NCBI GenBank assembly: GCA_012295275.1 | Contig: CM022673.1 | Coordinates: forward strand, 13,826,001 to 13,890,000 | Length of the DNA: 64,000 nucleotides | Origin: Chrysomallon squamiferum | Lineage: Eukaryota; Animalia; Mollusca | Reading direction: 5' to 3' | Shown: piece after piece, positions 22,528 to 37,418 of the stretch | Layout of the letters: each line of letters begins with the position of its first letter | Position numbering within the stretch: position 1 is the first letter of the stretch | Program-made: the position numbers and the translations under genes | The notes under the pieces: generated by a model | What the model was told of the DNA's origin: nothing | Database searches by the model: none | The model's input: only the letters and a program-made list of their open reading frames with translations

Positions 22528-24649
22528 AGTAACTATTTTCTTTCCTTCTTGTTCTTTTTTTTTTTTTCTTCTTCTTTTATATTTATTTATTTATTTATTT
22601 TTTTTTTTATAAATTATTATTATTATTATTATTATTATTTTTATCTGTCTTTAAGAAAACAAACCAATTTATAGTAAATAAACCATCATTTTTAATTAAT
22701 GTTTTTCTGTCTCTCAGAACACTTAAAACAATATGAAGCAAATAAATCATTATGTAGCATAATCAGTCTGTTCTCGTTCTTCATTACTTTGGTTACGCCG
22801 ATGAATACCACAAAGTGACGAAAATATGAAGGAAACAAAAAAGGAATGAAAAATGTTATTTATTTAAGGAAAACAACAACAACAACACAAACTCATTTGT
22901 TCAATAAAAAAATTATATTTATTAACAACATCATTTTTATTAATAAAATATATGCTGCTTTTTATCTGATATGATTTGCTACAGATACACAAACAAATTT
23001 AGATAATTTTCAGTTTTTCAAATTAATACAGATAAGCTCTATTGTAAATAATTTGTCACGTTTTAGCAGAAACATTTTCGCGTGCATATAATGCTTATGT
23101 TTATCAAGCATATGTAATAACATAAACTTTAAATATTTTTTAAATATCTAAATACGCAATAATAACATGACATTGTTAAACAGTTTTTAATTAAATTAAT
23201 AAACGTTTTCTCCAATAAATGTATAGAGTGAATTTAAAAAAAAAAAAAAAAAATAATAATAACAAAAAAATGCTATTTCACAAACCTCGTTATAAAGAAA
23301 TCGCCATGCAACTGAATTTAGAGTTTAACGTGTGGAAAATCTACCAGTAATGATTGTAATAATGTTTACACACAGCTCATCACAACCTTACATCGATTAT
23401 TATGTGTTTGAAGCTCTATGTTTGAAATTTTTTTTTTTTTTAAAACCTAAAATGTTAACAAAGAAAATAAATGAACTCGACAACTTCTCAGCTTGTTCGA
23501 CTCAAAACAGTTTAACACTTAGCATTGAATATAAATTTACAAAAATGTAAGAGAAGACACTTATCTCATCCATATCAAATAAATAAAAATATTTTACATT
23601 ATTTTCAATATATATCCCGACTGTTATCACTTTACATCATTGTACAGTTAACTCTTCACTTCTGTACGTTTATTTTGGTATTTTTTATGAAGAAGCGATG
23701 GGTGTTATTAATGCATAACACTTCTGTTAATTTGTAGACTCACTGTGTCTACACGTTCGTGTTTCTGTTTTAAGGTTACAAGTAATATTTTATACACACT
23801 ATTTAGCATTGATTTTACAAGTCATCAGAATATTCGTACACGGCAAACACAGAGATAAAATAATAAAACGTAAACTTTTTCCATAATACGCATGTTATAA
23901 TGCACATGGATACCATTCGTACTGTCATGTAAAAACACTACATTCTAAATCAAAGTAATATTATTTCAAAATGGGACCCATTCATCTTATCTTTTACTGC
24001 ATGTAGGCGATGTTTTCTTTTTACTGGGGTGTCATTAAACATTCATTCTGTGTTTGTATCATCCATTTATATATTTATTTACTGGTTTGTTTGTTTTATT
24101 GTGATTTGTTTTTATAATGTATTTTTATTTAATTTTTTTTTATCATACCTCTAGCTCAACAAACTGAAAACTTTGTTGATTTTTATAATATTAAACATCT
24201 TTTCATTTAGTAATACAAGACTACGTACTGTTATATTAAATATTATTTTTGTCAAAGAGTAAACCTCTAAAATAAGCCTACCAGAAGACCAATAATACAA
24301 TAAATAAAAACTAGGACATTTTTTTTTTAACAACAACCTCAGGCACGTTTTAAAAATAATTCTAAATGCCGTTTTGTTCATGAAATGTCCAGATCTGAAT
24401 TCTATTCCAAGTTATCTTACATAACTTACATTACATTCGTCTGTTAGACAAACATACATACAGACGCACATAGGTAGTACACACACCCGTACAGGCAGAT
24501 ATACGTCATGGTGGCACAGTATTCATTTTATGAATGATTTTCTCAAAACAAACATTTAAACAACAGAGGAATGTGTTAGATAATTATACAAACGTGTTAC
24601 CGAACAGACAAACAAACATAATAATAATAATAATAATAATATTAATAAG

Positions 24650-24696
<47 letters not shown>

Positions 24697-25276
24697 CATC
24701 ATATTAATGATATTGCTTCATAACTATGAAGCAATGTGATAGAGATTTACACACAGGCTGTAATTATGTATATTATGCTATATGTTTACCAGTTACAAAG
24801 TACATATATTTATACACATTAGTATGAAAATACAGATTTATATCAACACAAGATGTTATGAAACGTAGCACCAGTACAAACATGCTGGAACAATTATATA
24901 TAGTTGACAAAGAGTCCAGAACTGTATAAACAAAATTAATATGAAAAAAAAAAAAAAAAAAAAAACCCACGAAAAAAACAAAAAAAAACAAAACGAAAGA
25001 AAAACCGAATTTTACATAAAACATTAACATGGAATCCTTAATTTTAGACATGAAATAACACATATAATAAGAATGTTACGTGTGAAATTAACAGTGCAGA
25101 ATTTACATACATAAGTAAGTTTTATACAGAAACATTTAAGAAAACGTAGAATTTTTACATATGATTCAGAATCCAGTGCTTTACAAAGAAAATTAACATA
25201 ACTAAAAATTTACATATAATTCAGAATCCACAATTTGACATAAATAATAACACAGAACCAAAAATTTTATATTCAG

Positions 25277-25310
<34 letters not shown>

Positions 25311-25659
25311 AGAAAAAGAAAGCACAGTTTTACATTCAAAAGTGTTATGGAACGCGCAAACTTTTAGATATAAAACAAACAAACTAACTAATGTAGATCA
25401 TAACAAATTTAACAAAGCACATGTACATTATTGTTCACGTTGTTTGGCAGTTGACAATAATAAAGATAGTAAAAAAAAAAAAAAAAAAAAAAAAGGAATT
25501 ATCTATCGGCACCTCAAAGCTCTGGGAGTTAGATATATACGTATTTTTTTTAATATTATAGAACTAAATCCATTTTATAGCACTAGAAAAGATGTTGAAA
25601 TTACTATGAAAATTTTATTTTAACTTAATTGAAACAGTAGTAACCAAATCAGAAGTGAA

Positions 25660-25692
<33 letters not shown>

Positions 25693-26292
25693 AAGATGAA
25701 TTAGTTATTTTATCACGATGTTATAACAAGCATTTTTAAGTAAATTAAAAAAAGAAGTAGAAATATATATTAATAATAACAATAATAAAACATTCAAATT
25801 CAAAACTTAGAAAACTAACTTATTTAACAAAGGATCTCCTTCAAGCAGACTGATCATTGATATTTGTATATATATATATATATATACTTATAAACAAAAA
25901 TGAAGTATAAAATTGCTTCTTTTGCACAAATACATTTGTGGATGTAAAAATGAAAGAAAAATATTGGTGATCGTGAATTGAGATGGGGGAGGTCATCCCT
26001 CCCAAAACTTCCTGGAGGTGAATATCTACTTACACAAATAAATCAAGTAGTTTGTCACAGATATCTCCCACTTCTAAGTCTAGAAACACATCTGAGAATC
26101 ATATCACATTTTCGACTTCTCAGATGCAATTCAGACACGTTTTTTGTGGGATTTTTTTCTAATTACAACACGATACAGTCAACAGATCGAGAAGGCAAAT
26201 TTAACATCACATGAAAACATTATATAATAATTTTAAAAGACACACGTAAAGGCTGTGTGTGTTACTTAACATTCTTTGTCTTTTAAACTCTA

Positions 26293-26437
26293 GCTACGTT
26301 CACATCACCATCTTAAAACGCTAAAACTAATTCTGATGGGAAAACAAACGTGAGCGCTAAAATAGACGTTTTAACAAACCTGTTGTAAAAAAAAACAAAC
26401 ACACACACACACGCACGCACACAGACATATACAAACC

Positions 26438-26479
<42 letters not shown>

Positions 26480-26618
26480 ACATCAAAACAACAATGGTAA
26501 AACTAATCTGTTTCAACATGTCTGTTCACTTAACCATTGTACGAATGAACGTAAGGAATTTACACACGTAACTAGCTTTTAACTAAAGCGTTTTAAGATA
26601 TGAAGATGTGAACGTAGT
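26293..26618. mobile_element. MITE (PIF/Harbinger-like termini), about 325 bp, downstream of the integrin stop
   Basis: Left CTACGTTCACATCACCATCTTAAAACGCT; right AGCGTTTTAAGATATGAAGATGTGAACGTAG. About 30-bp imperfect TIR. Superfamily assignment is inferred from the GCTACGTTCACA terminus. Confidence 0.65.
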
Positions 26619-27471
26619 AAAACATCTCTAACAGTTGAACATGTTGTCAAATGTGGCAGTGTTTTATCACAACCCATAGCACATCAGTGTTTTTCATGAT
26701 CACTTTAAAATACTGAACAATTCACCAAATACTGATTTGGTAAACGACATGTCATTTAAACAAAAAATTTAAATCTACATTTGTTCTATCTCATCAAAAA
26801 TCTTCATAGTAAACAGTAACAACATAATTATCAAACCACATAAAACAGAAAATATTTAAAAATAGTTATTAAATAGATTTACCAAACCAATACCTCAGAA
26901 GATGCAATTTCTTACGAATATTAAATTTAAGTCTGATGTATAGATACATATTTCATAATTTTCTGATTTCACTTTAAACTGGATTTGTATTGATAAATTA
27001 ATTATTGAAGGATCCATTAGGATAAACTGTTATGAAATAACTGGCAGTAATATTAATTACAAATAATAAGACTCAGCCTAGTTTGATCATTTAAAACAAC
27101 CGGTTTTCTTTAGGATATGTTGTTTTGGGGTTTTTTTTGTTTTGTTTTGTTTTGTTGGTTTTTAAAAAAAAAAGAAAAAAAAAAAAAAATAAAAAAAAAA
27201 AGGGTTTTGATTTTGATTATAATGAAGATACTATACAAGAAAATATAATAATGTCTACATTTTTTACAATTCCATATTTGTTCTTCATCCATCTTCACAA
27301 GTAAACGACAGGCGTAACATTTGGCAACACCAGTTTTGAAAACATGGCGTACTAAAAAGTATCGTTCCTGATCTGAATATTCCAACACAGCCATCTTGGA
27401 TTTAGTTGTAGACAAAACACTGCTGATCAGTCACCATCACGTGATGTAAATTATTAAAACTGTAACAAAGT

Positions 27472-28139
27472 CTAAGGACTCAGAAATGGTTGATCCTCGC
27501 TCGCTGCCTTTTTGTCACCTTTGTAAGTTGGATTATGGAAAGTAGACTTTGGTGTTTTGTAGATTGGATTTGCACCCTGAAAATTACAAATAAGAATAAA
27601 ACACAATAAATGAAATATACAAATAAAAATGGTAAAATTAATAAATTTATAAAAGAAAATAGCATAGAAATGTAAATGAATAATAATAAAATATATAAAT
27701 GAAATAGAAATAACTAAAATATTGTGGGAAATAAATTATAAATAATAAAATAAATAAAAAATAAAAATAACTAATATAGTGTGAGTAATAAAAGAAAGCA
27801 ATGTAAGATGAAATGCACAATTTAAATTTCATTAGAACATTTCAAGAAGACATTCATTTTGATGCAAAACTACAAACTGTCAAAACTTACAGATTCCCAT
27901 TTCGCTTTCTGTTTTTCTCTTTCAAAGGCAGCCACTTCTTTCGCTTCCTGCCTCTTTTTGATGAAGAGGAAGATCAAAATGGCGAGGATTCCCAGAATGA
28001 CAATTCCAGCTACAATACCGAGCGAAATCGCCAAAACTGGTGCTGACTTGGGACACTCTGCAAATAAAATTAATTATGTAGGAAAAAGTTTAAACACTTC
28101 TGCACCCTTCAAAACATATTCACTACTAAGAGGTGTCAG

Positions 28140-28192
<53 letters not shown>

Positions 28193-28792
28193 ACCTTTTG
28201 TTGCTTGAACTTTGATAATGACGTTGTTGTTCTCGTCGTACTCGTATGTGTAGTGAAACAAACATCCGTCGTCGTCGTTAAACTGACATTTTCTAACATC
28301 TTCAGATTCTGAAACAATAAACAGATCTGTTTCTTAGTGTTCTGTTTTAGATTTTAATATATATATACATACATGTATTTCTGCTAGTGGTGCTACATTA
28401 TCTGTACTATCATTACAACAACAACAACCACCAATGTCATCATGACCTCTTCTACTTTCAGAGCAACGTCAAACATCATTGTTGTTACCACTGCAGTCGT
28501 ATCATTATAATTTAAATTTCCAAAACTAAACTTACTATCATTCTTTATATTGATGATCCAACAAACACATAAGATAAGTAGTACGTAAGTAAGTAAGTAA
28601 GTGAGTGAGTGAGTGAGTGAATAAATGAATGAATGAACGAATAAAGCATTGTAAATACCTTGTACACTATCAACCTTTTCAAACATGAGCTCTGAACACT
28701 TTTCATTGCAGTCTGCTGCGTATTCTCCCGATCCAAACCCCCGACACTGAGCACAAGGTCTGTACACACTACACTTACTAGGACATGTCTGA

Positions 28793-28851
<59 letters not shown>

Positions 28852-30373
28852 TAACAATAACAATAATAACAATAGCAATAGCAATAATAACAGTACAATA
28901 GTAATAATAACAGTAGTAATAGTAGTAGAATAGAAATAGTAGTAGAAATATTATTATTATTAAAAGTAGTAGTGGTTGTAGTAGTAGTAATAGTAGCAGC
29001 AGCAGCAATAGTTTTAGTTGTAATAATAATATAGTTACAGTAAAGCTCATACTACAATGTGTTGCACAGTGTGTATTATATGTAAGTATCTGCTGTGTGT
29101 TATATGTAATGATCTACTGTGTGTTATAAAGTTTACTTACTGGACAATCCTCACACGTAGGACCTCTGTACTGTGTCTTAGGATCACAGAGACATCTTCC
29201 ACAGACACACTCACCTTGACCAAAACACAATTTCTGAAAACGATAGTAAATAATTATAATAAAAAAAATAATAAAATTTAATAAAATAAAGAATAGAAAA
29301 CAGAAGAATATAAAGATATGATAAAGATAAATAAATAAAATAAAATAAAATAAAATAAAATAAAATAATAGCATTTATTTAACAAAACTTTATTTTTTAC
29401 GAATAACTGTGTTTTCTGTTATATAAACATGTACAAACTAAACCAGCTGAAATTAATAAAGCCTAAATATGAACGAATAAAATGAATACACAATACTGAT
29501 AGTTATTGGGTGTCAGTCATACTTTCTTGCTATGATAACAATCGACTATTATAGAAAGAAGCCCTGAAAACGTCCACGATCCTGTCTAAATGTGTGTTTA
29601 CTTACTCCGTTTGATGCTATACAAGTGTCGTTCCTGGTAGAACAGCCGCAGTTCGAATCTGTGTATCCTGGCAAACACTGGCACTGGCCACACTTACACA
29701 CACCTCGCGTTGGTCCTGTGTAGATAGATAGGTAGATAGATAGATAGATAGATAGATAAATAAATAAATAACTACATAAATAATAAGTAAATAAACAATT
29801 AAATCTTATTGCATAAGTATACAACAAAATAAAAATAACTACACAAATAATTAAAACCAATAACAACTTCTATAGTTTATTTTTTAATGTTTTATTTTAT
29901 TTTCATTTATAACAAAATTAATTTTCTATTTTGAATAATATACCCATTTGCTATAATGATGGTTTCTCTTCTGTATTTACAAACTATATCCTTCCTCATA
30001 TCACCAAACAAACGAAATCATTCGCAAAAGCTCAAAAACATCTTATAACAAATAACGGTAACTCTTACCTCCGCACAGTTGTCGTTCGTAGTAGTCACAG
30101 CTGTAGTCATTGCACTCGCAGAATTGTCCGCTGTATCGCCTGGCCGAGTCCTCCGCAGTGGCGAAACATTCACACACACCACACACACAGTCTCCGTGGT
30201 CTGAACACACCACTGTACTGTTTGGACTGAAACAAATACAGTTAAAAATATCTTATTAGAAAGTAAAACACTATTTAATTTATTTTTAATAAGCAGAATA
30301 GGAGCACGTAATTTAAATTATATAAAAGATGTTTTATGTCTTTCTATCTCTTGTTTATATAGTCTGTCTGACT

Positions 30374-30413
<40 letters not shown>

Positions 30414-30981
30414 CACACACACACACACACACACACACACTTTCAGAAACACACTCGTATATACACAAATATCATCACGTACGTACAGACAGATATGGAC
30501 ACATACATATACGCACATACACAGGCTAACATATATATACGCTATCAAGAACAAAGACAGATTCAGACGTACAGAAACACACTAAATAAAGGTGAATTAA
30601 GTAAATTTAAAGACTTACTTAGATTTACATTTTTGCAGCGACTCTTGACTACTCAGTTTGTTTTCGTCACACTCACAATGTCGACCATATCTGCCCGGAT
30701 TACACGTGCATTGTCCACACTCAAATGTTCCGTTACCACTGAAACACTTCGGACTGTTTTTCTCCTGGTAAATCAATTGAAATAGACAAATACAGAATTT
30801 AGAGTGGGGAAAAAAAAGAGGGTTTCTTTTAGAAATGGCATATTCTAGTATTTTTAAATATTTATCTTGTTATTTTAATCACTTCATCCCGAAACAAGAC
30901 AACAAGAAAAGAAAGGCAGAGAAATGATAGTTGCAGTAGTTCTATAAATAAAGCATAATATTTAATATGAACAATAAAAAA

Positions 30982-31019
<38 letters not shown>

Positions 31020-31762
31020 AAAATAAATAAAATAAAATAAACACTCCTCCTATTCCTCCTCAATAAAAAACAAAAAAACAAAAAAAAAACAAAAAAACAA
31101 AAAACAACAAAAAAATAAAATAAAATAAAATAAAATAAACAATATAAGACTTACCTCGTTTCCGGGTTTCTCACACTCACACTCACACAAAAGGTCAAGG
31201 TTAACGGTCAGTTTCTCGGACAAACCCACCGCCTGAATGTCAAACTGTCGTCTGTTCTGTTTACACAGTTCTGGTGACACGCTGATTGTCACATCAAATA
31301 TTACCTACAAATTAACACAACATACTGTTATTATATGTAACCATCGCCTAGAGTCGAAAGTCTCTGGTACATTTGATAAAAACAGTTCTTTAACTGTTAA
31401 CAATCGTTTTTAATCAAAAGACTTCGGTACGTTTGTTAAAACAAAAGTATCTTTAATTTAAGTATGTTTGAACCACTCCTCTGATCAATACTGTATCTAG
31501 GGTTTTATTAAATTATTGTATTTTGTTTTATATTATTATTATTATTATTTAAATTTGTTTTATTGTGACAGATTTATTTAAATTTTTTAAAATTATCAAG
31601 TTCTTTACCGACTCGCCCAGTCCAAGCCCAGAACATTCGTTAGTCGTCTGCTTCACCTTTCTGAAGAAAATAAAAAGAAGTAAAAAGTAAACAAATTAAC
31701 CAATAAATCAATCAATAAAAAATAAATAATAAATATTTACAGTTTGAATTCTTTCTTTTTCT

Positions 31763-31837
<75 letters not shown>

Positions 31838-32171
31838 TAATCAATTTAGTTTTATATATAAATTTTGGTTTTAATTTACTGAAGCATAAAATACTTCTTT
31901 AATTTGTTTTCCTTTTTTTCCTTTTTTTCCTTTTTTTTTCTTCATATTAGTATTCAAAGAAATACGATTACTTAATAAATAATGTGCAAAGTCTGATTTT
32001 CGAAACATTGTTCTATTTATTATTTAAAACTATATAGTTAATAATATAGTAGAGCTGTTTTGAAATCTAACAACTGTGTAAAAATTTGACTTACCCCGTA
32101 CAGGTAGATTTAAACACGATCTCAATATCCTCAGCATTCTCAGGCACAAACTTTATTGTTGATCTCAGTTT

Positions 32172-32228
<57 letters not shown>

Positions 32229-32355
32229 TAGTAATAGTAGGAGCAGTAGAAGTAGTAGTAGTAATAAATATAATAATAATGACAACAACAAGAACACCAA
32301 TAGCAATAATATAATAATAGTAACAATGGCAGTAATAATTATAATCATAATAAAA

Positions 32356-32421
<66 letters not shown>

Positions 32422-32837
32422 TAAAAATAAATATATAAAGTGAAATGAAATGAAATAAAATAAAATAAATAAATAAACAAATAAATAAATAACTCACATC
32501 GTAATTGTCTCGTACTAGTTTGATGATGTTGGCACTGTTTGTATCCAGTTTGTCCACTGCCGACCCCTCAATAAACGACGACAGTCTATTATGTACGTCG
32601 TAGACGTCGCCCATGACGGCGAATACCACGTTAGCTTTTTTCTCTTTTACCTTGGAGGCCAGTTGACTCACTGATGGGTAATCCTAGTCACAAATAAAAA
32701 AAAAAATATAATATATATATAAAAAAAAAGATCTTTAGAAAGAGATAACGTTTCAAGAAAGATAATTCTTAGAGTTTTAATTGAGTGAGTCACGGTAAGA
32801 GTTATTTCCCGTATACGGAAAAGCTTTATTATTGTTA

Positions 32838-32900
<63 letters not shown>

Positions 32901-33108
32901 TAATTATTTGTTTATTCAATTCACGTTACGTTACGTAATTTATCATTCACGGTACATACCAGAATTTTGTCATACGTCGAATAGACGCCTTCCTTGTCTA
33001 AGTGACAGTGACCGTCGTTGAAGCCAACAGCACCACCAAGCTAAAGAGAGATGATATTAGTTTCATTACAGTGTTAACAAGACATTTTTTTTTTAAATAA
33101 AAAAAAAA

Positions 33109-33192
<84 letters not shown>

Positions 33193-33200
33193 TAAAATAA

Positions 33201-33231
<31 letters not shown>

Positions 33232-33907
33232 ATAGATAATAATAAAATAAAAATAAAAATAAAAATAAATAAAAATATAAATTAAGTTCAAGAATCTTAA
33301 TACTATAATGAATTCATTAATGGATAAAAATATTGTCACTTAAATATTACTATTTTATAAACTTTTAAAAAATCTCAAATGTATATAAACAAAAATTAAT
33401 TCATATAAATAGCAATATAGCAAAACAAAACAAAAAAAAAAAAAAAAAAAAGAGAGAAAAAAAAAAAAAAGGAAGGAAAAGCAAATAAATAAATAAATCG
33501 TACTTTTCCATCTCCTGCGATGTGAAAGAAAAAATTGGAACTGTAGACAATCATACGTCGAGATCTTTCCCGCCAACCGATTGGTCCCTGCAGTAAAATG
33601 ACAACCAATCAAAAGCTTTGTAGCATATTACGAATCAAAACAACTTTTTAGCACTATTACTTTAACAGAATTTGTTTAATGGTGTAGAACATAACAGGTA
33701 TGTTTAGTGTATTTCTCCAACTAGAGTATTTACAGTAACATCCACACGCATAAACCTTCTGAAATGAATGTAATGTGAGATAAACTTACGTCACAAGATA
33801 GAACTTGAATCATGCCATCCATTCCTCCCTCCGGGTTGTCTAATGACTGAGACATGAACTGCAGGGCGTCACGCATTTTATCCTTAAATAAATAAACAAA
33901 TAAGTAA

Positions 33908-33982
<75 letters not shown>

Positions 33983-36900
33983 TTTGCCTGCAGAAAACCC
34001 ATCAAGTAAGATATGACGTCGTTGATACTAAATATAGAATGATTATAGCATTTTTCTTCCACATAAGCTCTCTACAGTCACTGTCCTGTTTTTATATTAA
34101 TAATAAGCACAGGTTGCTATAACACGGTAGTCTGTGTAAAGTGTGCTTACAGAAAACAGAGTCATGTTTCGAGTTAGTCCTTGCTGGTTTTTGAAGGCAT
34201 GGGGATGACGACACGTAGCACCATCCGGGCATCTCGCCTTCAACCTGAAACACAAAACACAGTCTAAGGTATCAGTGACGTACTGACATTAACGTCATAA
34301 TGACATAATTATGACTGAAACACAAAACACTGAAATATCACTCGAACGTAACATTGACATAATGATATAATTATAACTGAAACACAAACCAATTCTGATA
34401 AATATAGTGACTGAAATATCAGTGACGTACTGATATTAATTAACAACATACTGAAACACTGAAATGAATGGAATTTCAATTTCACTGATTCAACTGATAT
34501 GTTACTGGCGTTGATATAACTGTATGACCTTATAATAGAACTCGTTGACGTACCACAAAAACCTTCAAAACGTGTCTGCGACAAACTGACATATTCATGA
34601 TATTGCAACATTAACAACATACTGATCTATTTCTCGACTCCAGTGACTTACTGATTATAAAAAGGATGACTGTCACATAGACATATGACGTATAAAAATA
34701 ACATTTTGCTTACATTTCGTCTGTCCATGCAACAAACGGCATCGTCAGTTTGTCAACAAAAGATCCGAAACCAAGTCTGGCGTCTTTAGTAATCTCTGAC
34801 ATACTCTGTGCTGGAAAAAAAAAAACCACACACATTCTTATTTTCTACATAGTTATTAACAGTAATATAGTGACAACTGCAGCAACAACCCTACTGCAGT
34901 ACTAATAAAAGTTATGTTATGAAGATAACTGGTATGTCAACATTATTATTATTATTATTATTATTATTAGCAGTAGTAGTACTAGTAGTAGAAGGTAGTA
35001 GTAGTAATAGCAGAAGTAGTAACTAGTGGGGGTGGTGATAGTACTAGTAGCAGTAGTAGTGCCAGTGGTAGTGGTGATGATAGTAGTTATGATAGTAGTA
35101 CAGATGGTGAAATAGTTGCAGTAGAATAACAGTAGCGATTATTACTACTTATACCATTGTGTGCAGTATACGTAGTAAGTAGTACAAGTGTGTAACAGGA
35201 ACATTATAGTAAAAAGAAGTAAAAAAAAAAAAAAAAAAAGGAAAGAAAAAAAGGAACAAAGCACAGACTTTGAAACGAAATGTTAAAACGAAACAGAAAG
35301 AGAGGCCGACGCTGAATTATTTGTTTTAATAAAGTATTAATAAAGACTTATGTAAAACTAACTAATTCCAGTGTATAATTACTAAGGTATTTAAAACAAG
35401 TAAGATTTATTTACACATGGCCTGGCCCAGGTTGATCAATCTCTGACGAGCATCTTTTTCGCGAATCATCGAGTGAGACATGTCCAACAGGAAGTACAAA
35501 TCTACTGGATAGTTCTCAGCCTGCCGGAACTGAAGCTGGATGTTGATTGGCTGATCTGAAAATAACCAATCAAATTTTAATTAACTGTTGCCATTAATAA
35601 TCAAGATAGTTTGTATTATCATTTGTTTCTCAGTAATATGATGTATTGTAGTCTTTATACACACAACCCAAGTTTGGTTCATTTTTTTCCTTTTCTCAAT
35701 CACATCCTCCTTTTTTCACACATTTCCTTATATTTATACTCTCTCTCTCCTCCCCCCCGTCACTTACTAGGTCTGACTCTGAGTGTGACGTTCTGCGGTT
35801 GAATCTGAATAGCCTCCTCCAATACTCCCCCACCCCTCACATCATCATCCTGAAATAATAATAATAATAATAACAGTAACAATAATAGTAATGACGATAT
35901 GATGATGATGATAATGATGATAATCATAACCATAATAATAATAGTGGTACAAGTAGTAATAATAATAATAATAGTAATAGTAACAATAATAACGATGATA
36001 ATGATTATGATTATGATAATGATAATAGTGGTAGTAGAAGTATTAAAAATAATAATAGTAACAATAACAGTAATAATAGATACGAAAAAGAACGCCAATA
36101 ACGAAGTGTTCGTTTCAGCTAACATTCGGAATGAAACTCTACTAAGGGCTGATAACAGAATTAATTATGCTTTGTAATACTATAATTACGTTATTATACA
36201 AACAATATTACATCACACTAAATCACACGTACATAATCCGAGGTCACCGAACTCAGCGCTGTCATATACAATGTATATTTAGTGGAGTAAATACGGCGAA
36301 ATGAAATAAAACATTTTATTCTTAATATATAATTGTAGAATAAATACTTAATGGCAAAAATATAGCAAACAGGCGTTCACAGTCTAAACCTTCTTGATAT
36401 TTACTATATTCATTAAGATTCAAGTACGTCTGTCATGCGCTTGGTCTTTGATAAATTATATGTCATTATTTATTTATTTATCTATTTATTGTTTTTTAAT
36501 TTTAAATATTTTGTCATTCGGAAAATGTAAAATATGAAATTAAAAAATCAAAGTCTTATTGTTGTTTCAAAAATAAATAAATAAACCACATAAACACACA
36601 CACACAGACACACACAGACACGCAGATTAAATGTAAGATTAATGTAGTTGAAGGGCTAACTCGTTTTGACTATATTTGTAATGACATACCCGCTCCACTT
36701 TGATGGAGAAATCTGGAGACTGGAGATCTGGCTTCACACACAAACCCGTGGCAATGAAATGATCCTTGAGATCACAACGAGACCTGTGAGCTTGGAAATC
36801 CTGTAAAATATTTTAAACGACAACAGCTGTAACAACAACAACTACTACTACTACTACAACTGCAAAAGCAGCAGCTGTAATAACAACAACAACAAGGACA

Positions 36901-37348
36901 ATAACGACAACAGTAGCATTAGAAATCAGAATGATAACAATTGTAGCAGAAGGAGCAAAACAAAATACAGATGACAAAATGAAACAAATGACTGGATTTG
37001 TACACAATAAAGCAATTTGTGTAACATATTTTAAAAATGTGTCAGACATTAAAGAATTTCAATTAAAATAGATAAAGAATTTGTTAACAATACTAATTTC
37101 AATTAAAAAATAAATATTTTAGAACATCTGGTAAAAATACTAGAGTTACTCTGCATTAATTCATATTTCGGTGTTATACGTTTTTTTATTTATTATTATT
37201 ATTTTTTTTTTGCTCCATATTTATAGTTTCATTTATTCTTAAAGATTTTCAGATATAATATTCGTAATATCATTAATATTACTGTATACGAAAATGAGTC
37301 TATACTTTAAAAAAAGAATACGAAGAAGAAAAAAAGAAAAGAAAAGAA

Positions 37349-37418
<70 letters not shown>

